In this document: positions 56,355-64,000 of the stretch, piece by piece
Numbering within the stretch: the first letter of the stretch is position 1
How the letters are laid out: every line of letters begins with the position of its first letter
From: Amoebidium appalachense
Lineage: Eukaryota; Protista; Ichthyosporea
Direction: 5' to 3'
NCBI GenBank assembly: GCA_963693365.1
Contig: CAVNZM010000004.1
Span: 11,622,468 to 11,686,467 of the forward strand
DNA: 64,000 bases
Notes under the pieces: model-generated
The model's input: the letters and a program-made list of their open reading frames with translations, nothing else
Database searches by the model: none
Told to the model about the DNA's origin: nothing
Position numbers and translations under genes: made by a program

Positions 56355-57124
56355 GGGAGGAGGAGAGGATAATCTGTCTTGGTTGATTGATTCTCCTTCT
56401 ATTTGTTTATGCAGTGGGCGATCACATGATTTTTGTTGGTGTGAACTGTCACAACAGTATGTGCTCTCTTCATTTCCTTTGTTTGCTAAGGGGGTGGGGG
56501 GAAAGGGGGGCGGGGGGGGTGCTTGCAAAGAGACACGTCTTGGGAGAGGCTTGGAAGATATGTATCACTTGGATAGTGGGTGGATATCCTGTGTTGAAAA
56601 TTGACGATGATATGCTCCCACCTGCAGTACCACCGCCACACATTCACACACCTCAACGGCATTGGGGCCTTCCAAGACCCAAGCATTGAGGAGGTAGATA
56701 TACGGCAGATATACGACAAATTTCCCGGCCTTAAAGGCCTCTATTCCCAAGGCCCAAGGGATGCATTTTTCCTCGTCAAATTCTGGGTATTTAGCCCCCC
56801 CCCCCCCCCCTCCTCCTCCTCCTTCTCCTCCTCCTCCTCCTCCTCTCCCTACCAGGTGTCTTCCTTGTCCCTTCCACATGTGCATTTGGTATTGTGCACT
56901 TCGTCAGAAGGGCCCCGTAGCTTGTTCTAGTGGTTTTGCATGTGGTTTTACTACGGTATGCCCACCCCTCCGTTATATGGCAGATTGTGTGCAATCTCTT
57001 GGTTGAATGATAGCCAGCAAAACGTGACCCAAAAGACACATGCATGAACAGTTTGACTGTATAGCCGTGTTGTTTTTCTTGCCCTGTAATAATTTTTTCT
57101 TCTTCTTCTTCTTCTTCTTCTTCT

Positions 57125-57174
<50 letters not shown>

Positions 57175-57375
57175 TGCGCACACAGGCGGACCTCAGCTAC
57201 AGCGACGAGCATGCACGTGAGAAGCTGTTCCAGACGGCCGGGCGGTTTGAGAGTGCGGAGTATGTGGAGGTGCAGACATACAGCCAGGTGTTCTCCTTCG
57301 GCAAGCAGGTTGCGGAGAAGATGCAGGTGTGTGTGTGTGTACGTACGTACGTGTGTGTGTGTGTCTGTGATTGTG

Positions 57376-57411
<36 letters not shown>

Positions 57412-58094
57412 TTTTGGGGGGAGAGGGGGAGATGGGTGGGGGGGGGGGGGGGGTTCCGGGTGGGTGGACGTGTCTGTGGGTGGGTGGGTGGGTGCCTTTT
57501 GGGGGGGAGGGGGGGGGGGGTTGTTCCGGGTGGGTGGGCATGCGTGTGTTTGTGTGATTGGGTTAGGTTGGTTCGTGAGGGAAGGGGGGGGGGAGGAGGG
57601 GAGGGGGAGGGAGTGGTTGTTGCGTTAACCTATGCTGGGGGTACTGAGTCATTCATGTGTGGTTGATGCACTGGCAAGCACACGTGCGATCCTGGAACAT
57701 AGGTGTCTAGAAAATAATTAGGTATCCGTCACTCATATTCCGAATTCCGCCACTCATATACCGAATCGGGTCGTGTGCAGGCTGCCGGGCCGCCCGTGTA
57801 CATGCAGGGGTCACAGATGTACAGCCACGCGCTGGGGCGCAGCAGCCTGTGCGAGTACATGGTCAGCTTCATCGAGCGGCTCAAGTCCCTCAGCACGGTC
57901 GAGATGATGAACTCGGTCCTCGAAAACTTCTCCATCCTGCAGGTGCGGCCTCCTTTTTTTTTTTTTTTTTTTTTTTTTTTGGTGGTGGTGGTGGGGGGGA
58001 GGGGGGGGGGAGGGGGGGGGGGAAGGGGGCTGGGCAGTGAGGCAGGTAAAGGGCGATTGGTTTGTGGGATACATGATCTTAAATTCTGTCTTAT

Positions 58095-58133
<39 letters not shown>

Positions 58134-58405
58134 ACTCCCTCACTCCCTCACTCCCTCCCCAAATGCAGGCTCACACGCGCGCGCACACGGAGCTACCCTC
58201 ATTCCAGGCGTGAACGTCTGCATGTGTTCTGTGAGGTTACATGTTTGGGTGGTGGATATATGTAGCAGGCATCTGACTATGTGAACGTGTGCAGGTGGTG
58301 AGAGACGCAGCCACGGGGTCCATCCTCCTTTGCATTGCATACGTGTTTGAGATCAGCATGGAGAGGGGCTCCCAGCACCACATATACCGCCTGATTGCAG
58401 AGTGA
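53974..58405 (+). CDS. TEAD: TEAD/Scalloped transcription factor (TEA domain plus YAP-binding domain), 9 exons (53974-54109, 54501-54628, 55114-55218, ~55607-55701, ~56064-56281, ~56627-56786, 57186-57326, 57781-57942, 58295-58405)
   Basis: TEA domain [66 protein letters not shown], then [12 protein letters not shown]-binding domain motifs [61 protein letters not shown] and [10 protein letters not shown]...QHHIYRL. Confidence 0.96.
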
Positions 58406-60079
58406 GATAGTCGCCAAGAGCAGTGCACGATGGGGAAAATATGGTGTGATATGTCGACATGTGAGGTTATGTTTTTTGGGATGGGTGCGTGATCTGGCGA
58501 GGTGTTGGGTGGTGTGTGCTTGGAGAGGAGGGTGTGGCAGGGGCTAATTAGGGTTATTCGAGATATTTGGGGGGTTATATATTTCGGACATGTATAATTA
58601 TTCTTTCTGCGTGGTTCAACAGGCTGTGGTTTGTGCAGATATTTGGAAATGGCTTCTGATTGAAAGGATGTCTTGGGACTCGTCTTCCCTATTCTTTTTT
58701 CGGGTCTCTTTCCCCGATATTGGTTTACAACTCGTGCACTTTTCTCGCTTTTCGACGGGACGATTGGTAGCAGGCGGCTTCCTTCCTCTGTTTTGTGAAA
58801 TTTTATCCCCGCGCAAAGTAGCCAAAGTGTGTAAAAAAACTTTTCTAATTCTTTGTCTTTTCCTTTTTTCTTTTAAGTATGTGCTAAATGAGTGGACCAC
58901 CGAGTGTCTGAGATTGCAGTTCAAATGTTTGAGCCAGCGGAGTATTTATGATCTATTAGGCCTGCTTTTTTCAAAGCTGGGATTGGGGCATGTGACGTTG
59001 ATCAACACCCGATGTAAGATGTTATCTATGTGTGCTGGGCACACGGCATTCTATAATGGATTGCTATTAGAAGATTGTCAATAATGCGAGTATGTTTGCT
59101 CTCGAGTGTGTTTGTGTGGTCATGGTACCCCTTCCCCCCTTCCCCCCCCCCCCCCCCCCCCTTTTCTATAAAGGAAAATGTGGGGGGGGGGGGGGGGGGG
59201 GGGGGGGGTGCATGTGAATGACTTTGGGAGGATGTGTACGCGCTGAATCTTATGCCTATTTCTTGTGTGCGACACAATCTAGCCCCTCTGGCACATAACA
59301 TGTACACCAGCTGCAGTCCACACGTGATAATAGGCATAGAGACGTAACCCATAGTCAACCGTTCATCATCACAGATCTCGAGCAAAAGAAGTTATCCTAC
59401 AAGCTCAAGTGTCGCGGTTCAATCATCCACACGTGCACCGGTCCCACATCCCATAATGGTCAACAACCATGGCCACCGGCCTAAGCTACCTGGGCTCGAC
59501 CAAATTTGGTTAGAGCTGACGTGTAATTCCCGCATAAGCACGTGTGCAGGGCGATGTACGTGTGAATCTTTGGGCGGGCGGGTGGGCGGGGCGGGGGAAG
59601 GGGGGGAGGGGGGGGAAGGGGGGAGGGGGTTGTGCGCAGGTGCGTCACTTACATGCCATGGTGCTAAATTTAAACTTATCCGAACAAAACGTATGCCTTT
59701 GTTTGGTTTTACTGGATGCTTGACTGAGACCAGTTCATAGTCGTGGGACAGACTGCATTCAAGTTTTCGATGACAGTGTTGCGATTGGTGCACGGTCATG
59801 GAAAAGCAACGGAACGGCTATATGTTGGCTACCAACATGTATGACTACATTCGAGGCATCATTCTACCCTATGTATGATTGGCTGCTTTTCACACACGTG
59901 TCCCATCAAAGCAATGGGCCTCATATATTTAGCACATATCTCCTCCTCAGTCTATCCACGTACACCCACACAGGAAGTCAGCCAGCATCATAGCAGTGCA
60001 ATCACCATCGGATCGACAATTCCAGACCAAATTACAATCACCATATCTCACATTTATCTCCCCCTCCGTCTATCCTAGT

Positions 60080-60390
60080 TCACTCACTCAGTGAGTCAGC
60101 CAGCACCATTAGTTCATGCTGTGCAATCAATTCATCGACAAATTCATCCAAAGCCTCCCCTCCTATCACCTCCCCTAGGCCATAGTGTGTCTTGTTTAGA
60201 CGGTGGTCTGTCACCCTCCCTTGTGGGTAGTTGTAGGTGCGGATGCGCTCGTGTCGTTCACCACGTCCCGTCTGTAGGGTGAATGCGGGTGTTAGGCATG
60301 TGTGTTGGGGGTGTGTATGTGTGCGCGGACACGTGAGTGTGTGTGTGTGGGGGGGGAGGGGGGAAGGGGGGGGGGGGAAGTGGGTGTGTG

Positions 60391-60443
<53 letters not shown>

Positions 60444-60756
60444 ACAGGGAGGGGAAGAGGCAGAGAGGGGGGAGGGGAGGAGGGGCGGTGTAATTCTGTA
60501 TTTGTGTTCGTGTTTTCCCCCCCGGGGGGGGGGGGGGGGGGGGGGGGGGGCATCGCTCCTTTTATGAATTGGAACGGGGAGGTGGGCTGTAAAATTTCTT
60601 GCCTAGGTGTGTCTGCGCGCAAGGTATGGTCCACAATGGATGTGCGCAAGTACAAAATAGTCCGCTACATGTGTGTGAAATAAAGTAGGCGCCTTTACAA
60701 GGAGCAGGAGGAACAATCGACCGAGGGGGGAGGGCGGAGGGCGGAGGGAGAAGGGG

Positions 60757-60795
<39 letters not shown>

Positions 60796-60989
60796 TATGG
60801 TGTGACCTGGCTCTTTCTCTGTGCTGCCCTCTCCAGCTGCAGCTTCATGCGTTGCTGCTCGTACAGTCTGGACCGCAGCAGAAGGAGGGCCTTGGCCTTG
60901 TTCTGTGTGTGGGTACGTGCCGGAAGAAGGGGGGTGGGGGGTGGGGGGTGGGGGGGTGGGGGGGAGGGGGGTGGGGGATCAGGAGGGAG

Positions 60990-61071
<82 letters not shown>

Positions 61072-61345
61072 CGGGGGGAAACGAGTGTGGAGGCGAGGGA
61101 GGGGGGGGGGGGGGGGGGGAGGTTGGTAAGAGTTTCATGCAGAGAATACGGGCAACGACATCCCAAAAAACAGCACAGTGATAGAATGATATGAAAATGC
61201 AAGCAGGTGGAGAAGGTTGCACAACACAGACGGTATTGGCCGTGGCATTGAAAGCCTGCACCTATCAAACTATTTCAGGACTAAACTGTTGGTCCTTAAT
61301 CTGTTTTTATATCGCATAGATGGGTGTGCAAGAGAAAACGGTATT

Positions 61346-61388
<43 letters not shown>

Positions 61389-62382
61389 GGGGGGGGTTGT
61401 TTGTGTGTGTGTTGGGGGGGGGGGGGGGGGGGGGGAGGGGAACAGGAACCACAAGGTCATTGGGCATAGACACAAGCCATGAGCATCCCCCCTCTCTGAA
61501 CGTGTGTGCTACTACCGAATACTAAGACAGATATAAAAAACGAACCAGTTCAAGGGAAGACCACAAACCACCACGAACAAGGGAAAGATGATAGGAAGAA
61601 CTATCCCGATTTGCTGGGCTGTGCATACCTTATGTTGGGACCTCTCGTCCTGCACAGCCACAACCAGGCCGGTGGGTATGTGCGTGATGCGCACAGCACT
61701 GTGTGCACGGTGGGGTTAGTATGGATGCCATGTAGTGGTGGGTGTGGTGGTGGTTGTGGTGGTGGTGTGTGTGTGTGCGGTGGGGGGAGGGGGGGGGGGG
61801 GGGGTACGCGTGTCCCTCAATCCCTTTCTTCCTCGGTCCTTTCAAACAACCCATCCCCCCCCCTCCCCCTCCCCCCACCCCCCTTCCACTCTTTCCCCCT
61901 CCTCCCTCCCCTTCCACTCTTTCCTTTCCCCCAGCCATTCCCCTGCTCCCTTTTTCTGCAGGCCATTCTTGTGCTAAGCTCACCAAGTCTCCCATGTCTA
62001 AAACTCCCATGCTCGATCGTGTGACTGGGCTTATGCAAGAGTGAGTGCATGTGTGTGGTGTGCTTGCAGAATGGAAAGGTGTTAGAGACAACTGGATGAT
62101 GCTGGTGGTGGTGCTTCGGAGAAAAGGAAGGAAGGGGGAACAAAGGGACACCGGGGAGGGGGGGGGGGGAGGGGGGGGGGGGGGGGGTTGGAATACAGTT
62201 TCCGGTAGATAAGTCAAAATAGAAACAGAGCAAAAGGAACTGCAAAGAGATTACAGAAACGGGATGCAAAATAACAGTTGCAACATAAGCAGGGCCCATA
62301 TCACCATTTTCAGAAAAAGGCCAAACAACCTCTGGGTGGCAAAAAACAGGTAGTGTGTGGTGTGGGAGGGGGAGAGGGGGGG

Positions 62383-62428
<46 letters not shown>

Positions 62429-62621
62429 CTGTCGGTAGTGTTGACGTGTTGACCACCAGCCCCTCCCGAACGATAGGTGTCGATACGGAGATCCTTGTCT
62501 TGGACGTCTATGTCAACCTGTGTGTGTGTGTGTGTGTGTGTATGTGTGTGTGTGTGTGTGTGTGTGTAGGTGTCTGTGTGTGCCTGAATGTGTGGTGTGT
62601 GTGCCATGTACACGTGTATGT

Positions 62622-62684
<63 letters not shown>

Positions 62685-63188
62685 AGGGGGGGGGGGAGGG
62701 GGATGTATTCATGTGAGTATGGCGGTGTGTATGTGTTGTGTCACGTGTCGATGCAGGCGTGCACGCACCGGCCGACATGCATTTGAGCACATGCCCATAT
62801 TCCACATGCATATGTGTGTGCACATCTATCTATTAACCTGTGTGTGTGCATGTGTTTTATTTGCCTGTGTGTGTCACAATGGGCACACCCACATGCATGT
62901 ATGTGGGTGCATGTGCACATCCATATGCATATATGTCAGGGATTGCATGTGCATACACATTTGCCCGTGTTTGTATCCGGAAGTGCACCTACATGTGCAT
63001 GTACACTTGTGCACATACATATCTAATGCATGCACACGCGTGTGTGCGCAAGTATTCTATGCCTATGCGTGTGTGCACACATGTACATGCAACCGTTCTC
63101 ACCGGCACACTGTGACCCACATCCAACCACCCATCTACCATACTCCTTGCCACATGACCCTCTTGTAGGTCAACCCCTCTTCCCCCTT

Positions 63189-63223
<35 letters not shown>

Positions 63224-63640
63224 ATAACCATGGTTACCCCTGTCCGTGCACACTCATCCTTTATCTGTTCTCAACCGTCATATACATCCTCGCTTTTTCC
63301 ACTTACTCCAACCTCATCCGTTCACCTAGTCCCCACTCCCCCCTTCCCCCCCCCCCCCCCCCCCCTCCCTTGCCCTTGCCTCCCCCCATCCCTCCCTCCC
63401 CCGGCCCTTCCCTCCCCTCCCCCCCCCGATTAATTGGTCCTCTCCCCCCCCCCCCCCCCCCCCACCCCGCTCCCCAAACACACCCACCTCTGTAGCCTGA
63501 GGCATAATTGCAACTGTAGCAGTGGATGTGTGGACTCTGCCCTGTGTCTCTGTGTCTGGTACTCTCTGCACACGGTGGGTGCCTGCCTCGTGTTTGAACC
63601 GTCCAAACACACCGTGACCACTCACCTCCGCTACAACTTC
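60080..63640 (-). CDS. MTRF1L: Mitochondrial-type class I peptide chain release factor 1 (prfA/MTRF1L-like); 5' part lies beyond the window; exons 63488-63640, ~62428-62517, ~61629-61699, ~60807-60902, 60080-~60271
   Basis: [24 protein letters not shown] carries the RF1-type PxT motif. Also [32 protein letters not shown] (GGQ motif), [14 protein letters not shown] and [17 protein letters not shown]. Confidence 0.93.
62188..62299 (-). mobile_element. Degenerate fragment in a release-factor intron
   Basis: Starts after a G-tract with TTGGAATAC and contains GATGCAAAAT and CATAAGCAGGGCCCAT (family form CATAAGCAGAGCCCAT). Confidence 0.5.
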
Positions 63641-64000
63641 CTGAAAAAAAAACCATGTGTTGGCATGGTAGGGGAGCGGTTGGTTACAAACAATGTAAAT
63701 GTTCGGCTAAAACGAGTCACACGATGAGGACAGGGAGTGAGAGCGCAAGGGGGGGGCGGGGGGGGGGGGGGGGGGGGGGGGGGGAAAGGAGGGCTGGTGG
63801 TGGTGGTGGTGGTGGTGGTGAGCACGGGGAGGGGGGGGGGGGGGGGAGGGGGGGGGGGAGGGGCGGACAGGAGGTGCCGAAACCTCTCACAATAAGCCAA
63901 TGGGGAAGGAAAATGACCAACTCAAACGAGAGAGAAGGGAAAGAGAAGGAACTATCACCCCGTTGGCACATGTGGGACCCTCCTAGTCCGTCAGTGCTTC

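Overview
Intron-rich eukaryotic DNA. The lineage is probably a unicellular holozoan (ichthyosporean-like); this is inferred only from a TEAD gene with an intact YAP-binding domain in a non-animal-looking genome. Six protein genes can be assembled by hand from GT/GC-AG exons: UPF2 (minus, about 40 exons, ~2.6-31.7 kb), a Gfo/Idh/MocA oxidoreductase, an intronless ricin-B lectin membrane protein, adenylosuccinate lyase, TEAD/Scalloped, and the 3' part of a mitochondrial RF1-type release factor. There is also an intronic tRNA-Asn(GTT). Almost all ORFs in the supplied track are artefacts of poly-G/poly-C and (CA)n/(GT)n intron repeats. The main discovery is a family of short non-coding repeats, with about 17 copies or fragments. 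They lie in introns, are co-oriented with their host genes, and join C-tracts at a common 3' end. The four most complete copies contain all three conserved hammerhead-ribozyme strands (GUU, GAAA, CUGANGA). Their helices covary, but the strands are in a non-circularly permuted order, with palindromic hairpins. This suggests a Penelope-like or retrozyme-like, C-tract-targeting retroelement with a rearranged hammerhead. All alignments and pairings were done by eye; no search or folding program was run.
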